From Tubulanus polymorphus (lineage: Eukaryota; Animalia; Nemertea): DNA of 64,000 nucleotides. The notes below the pieces were generated by a model. The model did not search any database, had not been told where the DNA came from, and worked only from the letters and a program-made list of their open reading frames with translations. The translations under genes and the position numbers were made by a program. How positions within the stretch are numbered: the first letter of the stretch is position 1; the number at the start of each line of letters is the position of its first letter. The stretch is from assembly GCF_964204645.1 (NCBI RefSeq), contig NC_134032.1, positions 3,000,175 to 3,064,174 of the forward strand. Direction: 5' to 3'. Below are positions 1 to 13,899 of this stretch, in pieces.

Positions 1-1844
1 AATTATGCCCGGATTACGGACAAGGAATTAGCGGTTGCTGAAATAATGCCGTCAAAAATATTGCCGGTGAAATTTCGAAGGGCACTTAACAATTCTAGAC
101 CGTATTGGGCAATACGGCTAATACGGTCTGGATCCGCCCCTGCCAAGGTTGGAATATAGCTATGGATCATGATAAAATAGTGCGCTACGACCGATAAAAT
201 ATCAGCTGTCGGTACTCGGTCATGCCATGTTACAGGCACTCTTCTGTCGCATCGAATCGGAACCTGATTCCCGAAGCAGCCAAGGTCCTAACGAGAAGAA
301 TAAACGAAACAAATGTAAGTGTCCTGCACTCAATTCTACGGTGTCTAATTATCTTCAAGTGTCTACTCCATCCACACTTTAATGTAGTCTACAAAAACAT
401 GGACAAGCGATACTTTAGATTAGGTTCTCATCAAAGAATCTACTGGGGGTTGAGTGAACTTGTAGGTAGTGTACTCACTGCTACTTATCTTATTTTTAGG
501 AAACATTTTTGACAGACCACCTATCCACTAGTGAATGATTTTTCCATGGACCCGAAAAGTAGGCCTAGGCCTCTTAGAGTCATAAGAAGGTAGGCTATTG
601 ATCTCATTTATTTACATAACTATGAAGTCTTCAAATAAATTTCCACATGCAATTTTTTTATTTCAAAGGCAATGTTAATTTAGAGGTCAACTTGTGACTA
701 GAAAAGCCAGGTTTACAGGATTGGAGATGATAAAAAGTGAGTAGGCCTCACTGACTGAATGGTAAATATATCATCATGTAGTCATCGCTGCTGTATTGAA
801 TCATTTAACTTTCAGCAATCAATTGATTTTTTTGTTTGCTTTTATTCATCTTTAGGTGATGCAGATATCAAGTACAAGGACATGAAGTTGAATCTTTAAA
901 CTGGGGATTGTCAAGATTTTACTTGTTTCCATCTTTTCACTTAGATGTTTGAATAAATCTAAACATATAAAAGAGCTTTTTCTTGTGCGTATTCCTGAAG
1001 TCGTCAATTCCTATTCATGCCTACTAACAGAAGAAAATAAGAGAAGCTTTGTCCACACTTGCATCTTATACCGAGGTTATGCGTCTACACTAAGCTCGAA
1101 ACACGGGTTGTATGCAAAAAGCCAGGTTTTTGAAAAAGGAGTTATATAACCTATTGAGAATTGAACCTATGTTCACGAAAAACTCTACAGATGTGGATTC
1201 AGTTACTGGAGCTAAATTAAGTGTAGATGCAGCCCTGCAAACGCTGGGTTTATATGAACCCGCATACTTTGAAACCCGGGTTCAACGAGCTGTAGACGTG
1301 GTAATATATATCGCAGTCAGAAAAAGAAGCAAATTGAAAGTACATCAATCTTTTATTTCCAACCTAAAACAATGAGACAGAAGGTTTGAATGCAACAAGC
1401 TATTTGAGCAATTGCGGTTACTAATTTGTAAAATGTATTGATATGATATGGATGGCCAACTGCTGAATTCCATGGGTACCATCAGAACCAAATGCACGCT
1501 ACTTGCCATCTACCTGAAATAAACAAATGTCAATATTATGTTATAAACAAATGAATATGAAAAAAATGCAAATTTCTGCTTGATACAACTTACATTTGAA
1601 TGGGAAACATCGGTTATAAAATATCTGCTATGTCTGACAAATAACTGACGAATCCTACAAAACAAAAAAATATATTATCTTTAAAATAAAATTTACAATT
1701 TCAAAGATTTTTGGCAATCTTCCAATACAATATACATAGGTCCCTAGTAGGCCTACGCTAAACACTTACTGAGCCAGACAGCCTGATATCCTTTCAAACA
1801 AAACTGAATTCGACATTAGATGTGAGATGCGTGAAAATGAGCCA

Positions 1845-2125
1845 TAGGCTGGTTTTCCACGAGAAACAGATCAATCAAATTTATTTCCCTTTAGCCGTTT
1901 CCACAACAAGGGTGCGGCACTGTTGGACAGGACAGACACACATTTCCGAGTCTGTATTAATCAATTGTTTACTGTGACTGCGCAGTAATTAGTCAGAATT
2001 TTCAGGGAAATCCCCTACAAAAATGGCCCCACCACCCGAAGACCTGCACACAAATTTCTGTGTCAAAGCCAAAATTGAGGTAACGCCTGCGCTTTTACGC
2101 CTTTCTCGTGGAAAATCCTAGTTTA
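1845..2125. mobile_element. MITE (probably PIF/Harbinger-like)
   Basis: TIR ctggttttccacgagaaa (~1849) versus tttctcgtggaaaatcctag (~2102-2121); non-coding interior. Confidence 0.5.
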
Positions 2126-3096
2126 GGCATATAACGCAACGAATTCAATATTTCCTTATGCCAAATGATTATTCTAATAACAGTCCTTCATTTCAGGATT
2201 CAATAAGTCTCAGTATGTGTTTTATAGACTGTGGCACTAGTCCAATTACAATAATTTTCGAATTTGGTCCGCAGTTTACGATTAGGCCTAACTTGATGAC
2301 GCAAATTCTAAGTCAACTCGTAATAGGGAGTACACATTCTATATATCAAAATTGACAGGAGAACAAGATCTAATTACGTATGTTTTCAGATTTCGAATGA
2401 ACCCAATTATATTCGAGTAAAAGTCATCAAAATTAATAAGGTAAAAACGCTAGCTCATAAAATTAGTTTTGAAGTAGTACGAGAAACTGGGAATATCTCA
2501 CTTATTTCCAATGCCATATAGACATATAAGGTATCATTCGATTCGTTTCTAGATGGGTTTTAATACTATTGGGTATTTGGATGACTGAACCGTCTATTCT
2601 ACCTTAAATTCTTCCAAAACTTTGAGATTTAGGAGGCCCAAATCCGGCGAAATGACAAAATTACTTCCTGGTTTTCAGCGCCGCCCTGGGAAATTAATAT
2701 GGCGAAAGTTGAGAAAACTGGAACATAGCTAAACGCTACAACACGTATATTTTCGTTTTAGATATGTTTCGGTTCGAATCCCAAATACTTAATACCTTAA
2801 AACATGACATTAGTCCGGGTGCCGTTCCGTATTCATTCAACACGCGCGCTCAACCGCGAAGCTATTTTCAGCGCAACAATCAGTTTAACCAATAGAGACG
2901 CGCTACGTCATAACGTTCGACATGGTCGCATTTGCCTTTACTCGTACCGTCGTGGGATTTATCAAAATTCCCATGCAGTATCTGGAGATTGAAGTGAGCT
3001 GATATCATACGGATTGTATCGGCGATAGCGGTAAGATAAGGAAGCCTTTACACTTTTAACAAAAACTGTGTGGAAAAGGGGAAAAAAATAAAATAA

Positions 3097-4551
3097 ATAT
3101 AGCTGCAAAGCAGCGATAACGGATTTCTGCCTTGCTGGATACAATGTGGTATATGGGTGCGTGCAAACATTTCACCGAAAGCAGTTCATAACATTCCCCT
3201 TTTTAAAGGAGCGCCACCTAGGGGTCAACTTATGACATGGATATGTTGACCCACAAGGGCTACTACGCGCACATTGCAACCTCGATTCTATCGCCAACGG
3301 TTAAGGACCTAGGAGCAAAAATCATTGTTTTCAAGGTCCCCTGGTGGCAGCTGTATGAACTAATTATGCAGGATGGCATATTACACATGTATTTGTACTT
3401 ATACCAAGTTTTGTGATTTTCATAATAAACAGACCGCATTAAATGCGAAAAGTGGATTCTGAAATCGATTTTTCAAAATTTACGCCCCCTAGTGGTTAAA
3501 ATAGGAACTAATCATATAAGGGGTTCGTTTCGTTTAGTAACCAGGTACATGTGAATCAATTTTTATAGAAATCCATTGATACCCTTAGTCGATATAGATG
3601 AAAATGTGTATTCGTCTTATAGGTGGCGCTACTGGCGAACCATATGAGCTACATAGTTATACCATACATCAATACAAGCGTCTTCGCAAGGGCTACTGGT
3701 CACTCGTTGCAACCACGATTCTATCTCCACCGGTTAAGGAGCTAGGAGCAAAAATCTCTTTGAAAAATTTGGTGGCCCATTTTCGAGCCCCTTGAGCCCA
3801 AACGGTTAATCGCAGATAGGGCGTGCCATTGACTTTTTTAGCCTCCAGGCTGTTATGAACAACTTTCGTGCTCGGCCGAAGCTGAAAACTCAAAGACAAA
3901 AATTTTTCTCACGCAGTAACTTTTCGATGTCAGAATTTTCAAAAGTGAAACGCCCCCTGGTGGGTGAACGGGGACCCCAATCAAAGATCCCTTCGACTTA
4001 CCTCAAGGTACCTGTGATCCGTACATCTCACGAAAGTTTCAAGTAAATCCGTCAAGGAATATTGTAATGCTAACAGAATATAGCCATCCAGGCTCTCGCG
4101 TATAGATACCGTAGCTGCATTCATTAGCTCTATCCAGGGAAGTTACTGCAAGGATGCTATTGCTTGTATATGTGGCACAAAAATTCCCCAGTTGCGTTCA
4201 CTCGAGACTGACCCCATTCAGTGCGCCACATATATATAAAGATACCAAAAAACTACAGAAATAGTACACACGCTCTATCACTGCTTATAGGGACACTGAC
4301 ACAAACATACGCACTGACGCGCTGTGGGAATGACACGTAGGCAATACACATACGTAGATGGATACTGTTTGAATCGGGCTTAAATTTCGATGTTTAGAGG
4401 CTCACAGTGAGTAAACAGTGCAATTCTGATTAATATCACGTACAGTAATTGTCAATGCAGCGTAGTACTTGTGATACAGAATGGTTTCACCGACAGTGAA
4501 AGTAAGTTGCAGTTGTTTATAACCTTTCAGTAAGATCCAGTGTGAAAAAGA

Positions 4552-4627
<76 letters not shown>

Positions 4628-4674
4628 CAGCAGGAATACAATAGGGTTTCTGCGAAGGCAGCAGAAAACCTAAT
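3097..4674 (+). mobile_element. Non-autonomous Helentron/HINE (family B)
   Basis: 5' end ATATAGCTGCAAAGCAGCGAT, (AAT)n tract, 3' hairpin aatagggtttctgcgaaggcagcagaaaacctaat, no TSD. Confidence 0.75.
4557..4627. repeat. (AAT)n microsatellite in the Helentron 3' end
   Basis: Directly visible. Confidence 0.95.
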
Positions 4675-5039
4675 AATCACGCGAATTTCAATAGGGTTTT
4701 CTGTGAAGAAACAGAAAACCCTAATTATTGTTATAACAGGTCCCTGATGGAGGTATTTAGAAGACACTGAGTTTCAAGAACTGTTCAGATGTTTAGCTAT
4801 AACATATTTCACCATTACAATGAATTCTTGTACAAAGGATATTCATATTCGATATAGTTACATTATGTATGTTACACAATATTAGACTTTCACAATATCT
4901 GAATGAATTGTGTTAGATTTCTGAGAATTTGTGTCTATTTGCTGTTCACAATACATTTTACAAATGATTTGTAGCTGTTACATACAGACTTAACTGATAT
5001 AATTAGTCAAATCAATTCTCTTATGTGCGAGGAGACACG

Positions 5040-5420
5040 GTCAGTTCCAGATCATTCTCAGTCACTCACAATACTCACGACATCAGTAAACGCACTCAAG
5101 AACGGTCAGTACACTCTCAGACAGTCAGTACACTCTCAGACAATCAGTACACTCACAGACGGTCAGTCCACTCCCAGGCAGCAGTCAACACACTCTTAGA
5201 CAATCAGTACACTCACAGACGGTCAGTACACTCCCAGGAAGCAGTCAACACACTCTTAGACAATCAGTACACTCACAGACGGTCAATACATTCCCAGGCA
5301 GCAGTCAACACACTCTTAGACAATCAGTACACTCTCAGACAATCAGTACACTCACAGACGGTCAGTACACTCTCAGACAGCAGTGAACACACTCTCAGAT
5401 AGTCACTATACACTCATAGA
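5040..5420. repeat. Minisatellite, ~19-22 bp unit (cagtacactctcagacaat-like) with 60-bp higher-order repeats
   Basis: Near-identical 60-bp lines at 5161, 5221 and 5281; ends just before the GPCR ATG. Confidence 0.9.
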
Positions 5421-5431
5421 CTGCATGAATC

Positions 5432-6393
5432 ATGAATTCTTCTCAAATGCAAATCGGCAGAACTTATAACAGTTACTTTGTCATCATGTCAGTGGTGAGC
5501 AGATCTGGAATTTACTGTACTGTGTCGCTGGTCTTTCTGCCTGTCGTGTTTCTGTTTGGGGCGTTTGGAAATTCGGCTACTTCCCTCATAATGATAAGTC
5601 GCAGATTCTGCAGTTTATCATACGCCAACTATTTGATCGTTTTGCCTGCAAGTGACTCCATATACTGTATCAATTATACACTGATGCCTTTTTACAGTTC
5701 GTTTTCTTGCACGTTAAAAGGCGGTCCTATTCTCATGATGAATTCACTGATCAGTTGTCAAATCTATGAATTTGTAATGGCATTTGCCTGCGGCAATAGT
5801 TCGTGGTTAATAGTAGCGATATCTCTAGAACGCGCGGCAGGTTTTCTCTTCCCGTTCACATCTCGTTTGTTATGTAAACCGAAATTCGCTAGATTTGTTA
5901 TATTGATAATTACTGCACTAAATGCATTAGTTCCATCCCTCACTCCTATTTTGTCGGTACACGTTTCCGATCATATTGGGTGTTACTGGGAATTATCAGA
6001 ACAAGTAACAATATTCGCCGTAATTGTTATCCATTGTAACGTTCTACCTTTATCCCTGATTCAAATTCTATTATAATAGTTAAGTTATTCAGAGGTTCGA
6101 AAATGGTTTCGTCCGATCAGAAAACTACAAAATCAAAACGTACATCAATAATGCTTGTAACAGTTTCACTCGCATTTGCAGTATTTACTCTTCCAACCAC
6201 TCTTGTGGCATTGTTGTCAATGTCACCGGAACAGAGAGATTTTCTATTTGACATTTTCACTCAGTTCCACGTTTGAAACTATGCCGTAAATTTCTACATA
6301 TATCTTTTACTGGGACAAGAAATTCGCGAATATTTCTGTACGAAAATTTGCCGCAGGAATGCAGTCAAATATATAACCATTCTTTTCAAGTAA
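5432..6393 (+). pseudogene. Rhodopsin-family (class A) GPCR pseudogene, paralogue of 39562-40512
   Basis: GN in TM1, SLERA (DRY position), FTLP in TM6, NFYIY in TM7; frameshift/deletion near 6060-6078 and in-frame TGA at 6274 where the paralogue has Cys. Confidence 0.9.
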
Positions 6394-6399
6394 AGTATT

Positions 6400-6665
6400 T
6401 GAATACCTTTGTTCCCCTTGATATTTTGAAAAACCCAACGATCCAATCTGCTAAATTCATTAAAACCTGCTTAGATGTATAGAGATCCTCCACTTGTTTA
6501 TCTGTGTATTGTAAATAGTTAATGTATATATATTCTGTTACGTTTTTCTTTTATTAAGTTTTGTTTTGTAAATGTTTGTATATACACGTGTAATACTTTT
6601 CCTCCATATACTATGGAATGGTTGAAGTGTAAATAAAATTCGTAATCGTAATCGTAATCGTAATT
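6400..6665 (+). mobile_element. LINE 3' fragment with (CGTAAT)n tail
   Basis: ORF2-like C-terminus (SAKFIKTCL), AT-rich UTR, AATAAA followed by CGTAAT repeats. Confidence 0.5.
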
Positions 6666-7309
6666 GTAAATTTTGTAAAACTTTACCCTTACCGACAATT
6701 GAAAATTCCCGTAGTTCAGCGAAATTCCGATAGATGACGAGCCCCAAAAACACCATGTTTTAGCTCATCATCTCAGTCAGAACTGATGGCGATATTCAAA
6801 TTATTTCCGGGGAAGTCAAAACTCGAGGAAAGGGATCTCCCTTATCACGATCACTTGGCGGCATCGATATGAAAAAAGTGAAAGCACCTACCTTATCATT
6901 GTATAAATATTAAAACGTCGGCATCTCCTGGAGTCCATCTGCTTAAATGCATGCTAATCTTGTTTTCCCGTGTAATTTCTGTAATTTTCTAATGTTATTC
7001 AATTCGTGAATACGGAAACATATTTGTGATAATGCCATTTAATGACGAAAAAAATATTTCTAAAATGTTGACAGATTCGACACTACCCATGATAATTCTT
7101 AGGTTAAATGATGTCATTTTTGAAGACAGTTTGCTTATAGTCAGTTGGTTTAAGTTCCCAATCATTGCCTTAACACACTAGGTCCAGTTCTACATAGTTG
7201 AGTTTGAGTAAAAAAAACATAATTCTTAGCTTTGATTATGTCATTTTTAACGCCAGTTGATTAAAATTCCCCACCATCGTATAAACACAGCGAGTCCAAT
7301 TCTACACTC

Positions 7310-7890
7310 GCTGTGGAACTGGATTGATGACAAACTGTGAAAAATGGATCCGCTGACAAACTGTGGAACTGTATCCACTGAAAACTGTGGAACTAGATCC
7401 ACTGACAAGCTGTGGCACTGGTCCACTGACAAACTGTGGAACTCGATCCACTGAAAAGTTGAACTTGATTCACTGACTTACTGTGAAACTGGATTTACCG
7501 AAAATTGTGGAACCTGATCCACTGACAATCTGTGTTACATAGTTGAGTTTGAGCAAAAAAACATTGAAAATGAATTAATGCTCGATTCAAACTCAACTGA
7601 CTCGCTGTGGAACTGGATCGTGATTACAATTTGTGGAAAATGGCTCTGCTGACAAACTGTGGAACTCTATCCACTGAAAACTGTGGAACTAGATCTACTG
7701 ACAAATTGTTGAACTGGGTCAACTGACGAACTGTGGAACTCTATCCACTGAAAACTGCAGAACTGGATCCATTGACAAACTGTAGAACTCTCTCCACTGA
7801 AAACTGTGGAACTGGATTCACTGACTAACTGTGAAACTGGATTCACTGAAAACTGTGGAACTTGATCCACTGACAAATTGTTGAGCTGGA
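7310..7890. repeat. 24-bp tandem minisatellite (ctgtggaactggatccactgacaa), two blocks
   Basis: Repeated units at 7310-7530 and 7605-7890; each block is preceded by tacatagttgagtttgag.aaaaaaacat (7191, 7537). Confidence 0.9.
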
Positions 7891-8029
7891 TCGCTTTCAC
7901 CAACGTTTGCGCTACTGGACCGGTGGAGACACCTACCGTCAGGTTTAGAGCTGCTACTGTGAGTTTTATACTGTAAGAAGTGAACAGTCACTGGTTGAGC
8001 TGAACCATCACAATCACGCCTTTCACTAA

Positions 8030-8426
8030 CAGTACTCAGCAGAGCTCTTGAACACATCAGATCTTTATTGTCAGCCCATATAACATGCGTGTCATGGAGA
8101 TTCCGCACTTCTTGAAGACACTGTTTAGGTACCTTCTTTCCTCCTGGGCGTTTTGATAAGACGTCCAGGTCATCGGGACAAACTGTTTTCGTAAGATGCT
8201 GAATGTGGCTGTCACCTACAATGTACAGAGTGCAGACACCAGGCTTAAGAGGAAGCAATATAGCAACGTGAATACGACCTTCGAACAGGGTCACCTGACA
8301 CATCCAGCAGACGAAACTGAGAACATTACGAACGGTGCATTTAGGAGGTGTTGTCTTGGATGTCCGGACCGCCGTCTTCGCCAGGACAAAGATTGTCAAA
8401 AGTTTTAAATTTCTCAAGAATTTCAA
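8030..8426 (-). pseudogene. Degenerate SGNH-hydrolase-like ORF, probably retroelement-derived
   Basis: LYIVGDSHIQHL...VLSKRPGG resembles SGNH blocks I and II. Confidence 0.45.
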
Positions 8427-8574
8427 CCGTTTGGTTCATTTCTTCAAAAATATCCAAAACCGAGAGAAGAACCGCGTAGAGACTTTTGATTCGGCTGCTT
8501 TATCCAAAAGATGCCCGCTCTTTTCTTCTCGACTCTTGCCCCCCCCCCCCCATGATATTTTAATTAAATTTGTT

Positions 8575-8828
8575 CTACCTACCGCCTGTTGTTATACGGG
8601 TGTATGTTTTTGCAGTAGTCCGAGGAGTTGACAATGTGGCACACTGATCCTGACGGTGGTAACACATCTGAGTTTCTGTATTGTAACTAAATTGACCACA
8701 ATCATCGGCCGCTTCATCTAAGCATCTCTGCGCGCAGTTTTCTAATGCCATCTCTCCTTTCGGATCACCACAGCAGTGACCACCTTTTCTCAATACAAAT
8801 TCCTCAACTTCGACCGCGCTTGAGTACC
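8575..8828 (-). CDS. Terminal exon encoding a PAN/apple-like cysteine-rich domain
   Basis: tttttgcag acceptor at 8829-8830; LENCAQRCLD...CGQFSYNTETQMCY pattern; phase 1 matches the donor at 16618. Confidence 0.65.
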
Positions 8829-9039
8829 CTGCAAAAATCCAATGTATATGCAAATTTATGTTAATGTTGGTCAGGTGGCACGTCCCACGTGCGCAGAATT
8901 AGCGGTTCGAGTCGTTATTAATTATCATCATTTTTGTTAAACGTTTTAAACAAATATATTTGAATAATGTTCCAATAGATTTTGATAATGGGGGTGGCAG
9001 GTAAAAAATTGACATTTCATAATAAAAGTTACGCAGGTT

Positions 9040-9175
9040 TACGGAGCCCCAGAGGGGACATGGTGAGAAATAAATATGTTTTTTTTTCGTAAATATATAT
9101 AAATATATAATCTTTTCGTTCGAATGAAGAGAAATCATTCCGTACGAACGAAAAGATTATTTCCGGGGCTCCGTA
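9040..9175. mobile_element. Short non-autonomous IS3EU-type element
   Basis: TIR tacggagcccc / ggggctccgta (TAY...RTA ends) with a 6-bp TSD CAGGTT on both sides. Confidence 0.7.
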
Positions 9176-10293
9176 CAGGTTTAACTAGAGTCGTATAAAA
9201 GGTTTACATTAATGAAACTCTGCTTTAGTTGTGAAGTCAATGTATTATATGTTATATGTTATAAGTTATTTGTTTGTATAAAGTGTACCGGTAGTTGGTC
9301 GTTCTTTGTTCGTTCTCTTGTCAGTATTCCAGTATTCTGTAGTATTGTGTTGTATTGTTGTTGCTGTCTGGTATTGTTATTTTCCCGCCTCAAAGTTTAT
9401 TGGCATATCGGTTTCCGGGTTACGCCCGCATTTTTGTGTAATATTTTTGGCACTTGGTCGTTGGAGCTCTTCGGATTGAAATCTCCCTCAGTCGTCATGT
9501 AAGTTTTGTGCAAATTCATGTAAATTAATTATCTTAATTCATTAGAATATTTTCTGCCCTTATAATATTTGTTTTTTATAGAAACTTGTAATATTCGTCG
9601 TTTATTTTGTCGTCGTAATTTATAAATAAACGCATAAATGAGAAAATTCGACTGACTTCGTTTGTCATTTGCAACATTAGTCTTCATAGTTAAGACGATC
9701 GTTTTTTGACGACTTACGACGACTTAAACTTGGTGATTTATATACAAATACAAATTGAGACTAAAAATATAGATGACTTCAGTGAGGTAACGTATCCAAA
9801 TTACAACTTACCCTAGTCAAACCAGGGAAGTGTGATGATCAAAATGCATATTGACAGTTTTGGCAACATTCCAACCGTGTGATTATCTAGTTTCCAGTTA
9901 TATAAAATTCATTTCCAAATTTGTAACATCGCAAATTCTGGGCACGCGAGTCATGCAGTCAACCCCTCAGCCACCTGACCAACATTTACATGAATAAGCA
10001 TACATTTGCATATACATTGGTTGGAGCGCTATGAAAAAAGCTGTGGCTAGTTTTTGCCACAAGCGGAAGATTCAGGGTACCCAACTTCGAAGTTCGTTAT
10101 TTTCAAGAAATAATTTTCCAAAAAAAATTTAAAAATTCAGGAACGGAGCGCCCCGTTCAATTGAAATTGAAAATTTAAAGATATTCTATTCACCTATTTC
10201 CCATTGCATGGCTTCATTACTGCTGCGCGTTTGTTGTTATTGCGAGTTTCGGTAAATTATGTGTATATATGACTTAAGAGTTTTATACATGAA

Positions 10294-13123
10294 ATATAGC
10301 TGCAAAGCAGCGATGACGGGTTTTCTGTAAAGCCATTCAGAATGATGGGAATTGTAGTAAATTGAAATATCGATACATAGAATAAAATGCATTGACAGAT
10401 TCGAACCTAATATGCAACCACTGTGTAAACGTCAAATATGATTCAGCTTTGAAACCGAACATACGCGGACGTACAATCACAAATATAAATTTATTTGACC
10501 AGGCATTTATTTTGGCATTCAAACATCATGATACTGTATTATCACCATGCTTAAAAATGGATCTGTCCTATTAAGAACTCATCTTAAGCACCTGCTGAGT
10601 CGATAAATTGAGTGAATTTACAGATAAGAACGTACTATGATTTAGAATAGATTTAAGAAGTTAATGTTTTTATTGCAATATTTGAATAAATACATATATT
10701 GTAGTGTAGATTCAATCAATAAATTATGAATTGATCTGGTCTGGGTTTTCGGCTGATGTTGATTTTGGCTTTTATGGATTACAAATTCTATAGTGATAAA
10801 CAATTGATACCTGCAACATGTGTGTAAATCAAACCTATTCTACTAGTTGCATGTGTTTCCTAATAAACGGGAGAGTCACTCTTGATCCGAGTTATTAGAA
10901 AAATAATGTTCATTTAGAAATTCATTGCCTTTTTTGAAATTCTGTAATAATATTTGTTCTGTCCTAATTTTATTACTGTATGAACCAATGATATGCTTTG
11001 TAAATATGATGTAATAAAATAGATTTGAATTTGAATTAAATTTGAACATGAGAATCAAGCATAACTTGTGTTTTTTCAACTTGTCTTTTGTTAACAGTTA
11101 CAGATTTTCAATTACAATCAAATCCAAATTGGCTAAAAAGTACATAGGACTAAATGAAATGAACCGTTAGTTACTGCAAACCTATTCCAGTGTTATGTCG
11201 ATCGTGTTGAATCACTTTCCTTGAGTTGAAAGAATCAGATCTTCTATGGTGCAACATCGGTCGAAGAGAGATATCTTGGTGTTGACTGTCCTTGACCATC
11301 TAACTTCATGCGTTTGACATTGGAATCAGCATCATACCCATTTGAACTGCAAAATATTCATACAACATGAAAACCTACAGTACATGTATACAGTAATCAA
11401 ACTTTCACCGATGTTGGATATTTGAATGAGCGTTGGGCTTATTTCAGTATTCTAAAGCAGGAAATAATAAGCCCAATAAATAGGCCCTTTTCCCATTGGA
11501 ACAATTGCATAATGCGTACAGCAGCATTTATCAGCCAAGTATGGAGAAATTGGTATACCAAACCTACGAACAGCAAAATGTACAGGCCTACAGTGATTTC
11601 TGGTGTACAAGCCGTGACCACATGAACGTTTTGGTTTGACTATTAATGTCAGCAGGTCAGAGAAGGCCCGGCCAAATTTAATCACATGGCTCAAATCAAT
11701 TAGCCTTTCTGCGTGTGAATACTTCACTGTATTGTTTTAAAAATAGGCCTATCGAGTGAATTAGTACAAAGACTGAATTAGACTTTAGGCTAGTCCTAAC
11801 CAAATCCTATCCATGTTATAATAGGACCAGTTATAGTAACATCACTGTAGGGCTGACGAGAGGGAAAAAGTTGTGTTTGTAGTACATAGGCATGGTAGGC
11901 TTGTCGTACTCACTTAATACTTAAAATGCTGTTGTTACCTGTACGTGACTGTACAGCGATTACTACAGGTTAGCCATATGTGAGTACGTTGACGCTCAGA
12001 CTTGCAATATTGGGATTCGAAACCAAACGAAAAAAAAATCCAGTTGTAGTCCAGTGATTTACCCACGGTGCCACAGAACGTAACTGCAGGGTGGATGAAA
12101 TTTGATTTACAAATAGCCTAGCCTCACTTTACCCAAACTCTATTCTTTCACGCATGCGCGTTTGCAGATTACAGGAACTCGCGTAGGGCGATTTTAGGGA
12201 ACTCACATACGGCGTTAGTAGGGAACTCACGTACGGTTAACCTGTGGATATCACCGTACAGTCACGTACGCGTAACAACTTCGTACTTAAAAATGGTATT
12301 GGCTACTATATAATAGGCCTATAGACAAATAAATACCGGTAGGCTTTCTTCTTAGCTTCCACACTTCACAACCGAACCAACTGACCAACCAGTATATTTA
12401 TTCCCAGTACGCACCAACCGGCACAGGCCTAACACTGTTTGTCAACTGTGTGTACCGTAGTAGGCTATCGATAATCACCTGATACTTTTCTGTCGTTTGT
12501 TTTCTCTCTGAGACGAACGTAATTCTGCACCGTAATTCTAAAAGCCCTCCGCGACTCAACGACCTTGATTTAAACTTGATCAATTTAAAATCTGTTTATT
12601 GACGCTTTTGGTTACATGAACTGATCAGCAATATACTTAAATGAAATAACCGAAATAACAAGAAATCAAAAATATTAAAGAGGTAACAAACAAATGCCCG
12701 TAAACCTGTCAGACACGCGAACGCCGGACTCGTAAACTATTGGACTCGGACCCGCTGAGCAATAAATTCATAAAATTGACTTTGAAATTGATTGTGGAGA
12801 AGAGAGGGAATAATTCGATAACTTCCTCATAAAGAAGAGAGAAATTTCGGAAAGAAAACACAACATGGCTACTAATTGAACGGAGCCAAATTTCCGATGT
12901 TTACGGCTCGACAGTGCCTTTATTACGTGGATTTATCAAAATTCCCATGCAGTATCTCGAGATTGAAGTGAGCTGAAGGATATCATACGGATTGTATCGG
13001 CGACAGCGGTAAGGTAAGGAAGCCTTTACACTTTTAACAAAAACTGTGGGGAAAAGGGAAAAAAATAATAATAATCACGCGAATTTCAATAGGGTTATCT
13101 GTGAAGAAACAGAAAACCCTAAT
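10294..13123 (+). mobile_element. Complete non-autonomous Helentron (family A)
   Basis: 5' ATATAGCTGCAAAGCAGCGAT and 3' hairpin ...agaaaaccctaat; collinear reverse-complement copy at 35354-39271. Confidence 0.85.
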
Positions 13124-13899
13124 TACAAGAAAGTCATAGCGCCATAGAAACCATTACAATTTTACAAGTGTATGCATATTATATCTTGCCGATAGATACT
13201 TACCTTCGAGAATCAGTTGAAGAACCAGCAGCACATATCTCAATCTGAACAACTTGAAACCGCTGTCGAGCATTTTCAACCGTGGATATAGTGCGGTCGG
13301 ACGCTCCACTCACGGCTTGAGATCACAATCAGTTCAAACTACACCATATAGGATATCATAGCAGAATAGATCCTTTCGCCGAATGAGTAAAAAAAATCTA
13401 GAAACGATCAAAATGGCGACCTACTTTCAAACTCACATCAGACAGTAAATCGGGGGTCAGTTGATCAAACGTTGGTTAAAGATAACCGGCGGATAAATAC
13501 CGTAGTGGAAATGAACTTTTAATTACCACTATTTCTACTATCGACTGTTAACTCAAAACAACTTTTAAGCAACTGCAGCCCCTGCACAGTCGTCCGTTTG
13601 ATTAAATTAACAAACATGTCTAATTAGCGGTGGTGTCGAGGATGGGATGGTTGGTCACTTAATATCCATATTCTCACTGACGAATTAGATAGATTCATGT
13701 TTAAAATATACTTAGCTTAAGTCATCGTAGCTGTGATATGATTATTATGTTGACGACTTGTCAAAATGATGACACTTAAGAGTAAATTGAATTGGAAACA
13801 TATATTGAGACTGAAGAATTGAGACGACTTCTGAAATCAAATGACTTTCCGCTTTCTAAATTGAATTTGGTTTAGTTAGTTATTTAGTTATTCTCCGAG

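Larger units (their letters stand above)
2950..4725 (+). mobile_element. 3' end of a non-autonomous Helentron (family A), interrupted by a second Helentron at 3097-4674
   Basis: 2950-3096 matches 12926-13070 of the complete copy; the terminal aatcacgcgaatttcaatagggttttctgtgaagaaacagaaaaccctaat hairpin resumes at 4675-4725, as at 13071-13123. Confidence 0.75.

Noticed and set aside
1380-1845. Three small minus-strand GT-AG exons
   Set aside because: Contain stops and no recognisable domain; cannot support a gene call
5025-5402. 125-aa repetitive ORF
   Set aside because: Read-through of a minisatellite with no independent coding evidence
7310-7890. CRISPR-like array of palindromic 24-bp repeats
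   Set aside because: Units are contiguous with no unique spacers, no cas genes, eukaryotic context
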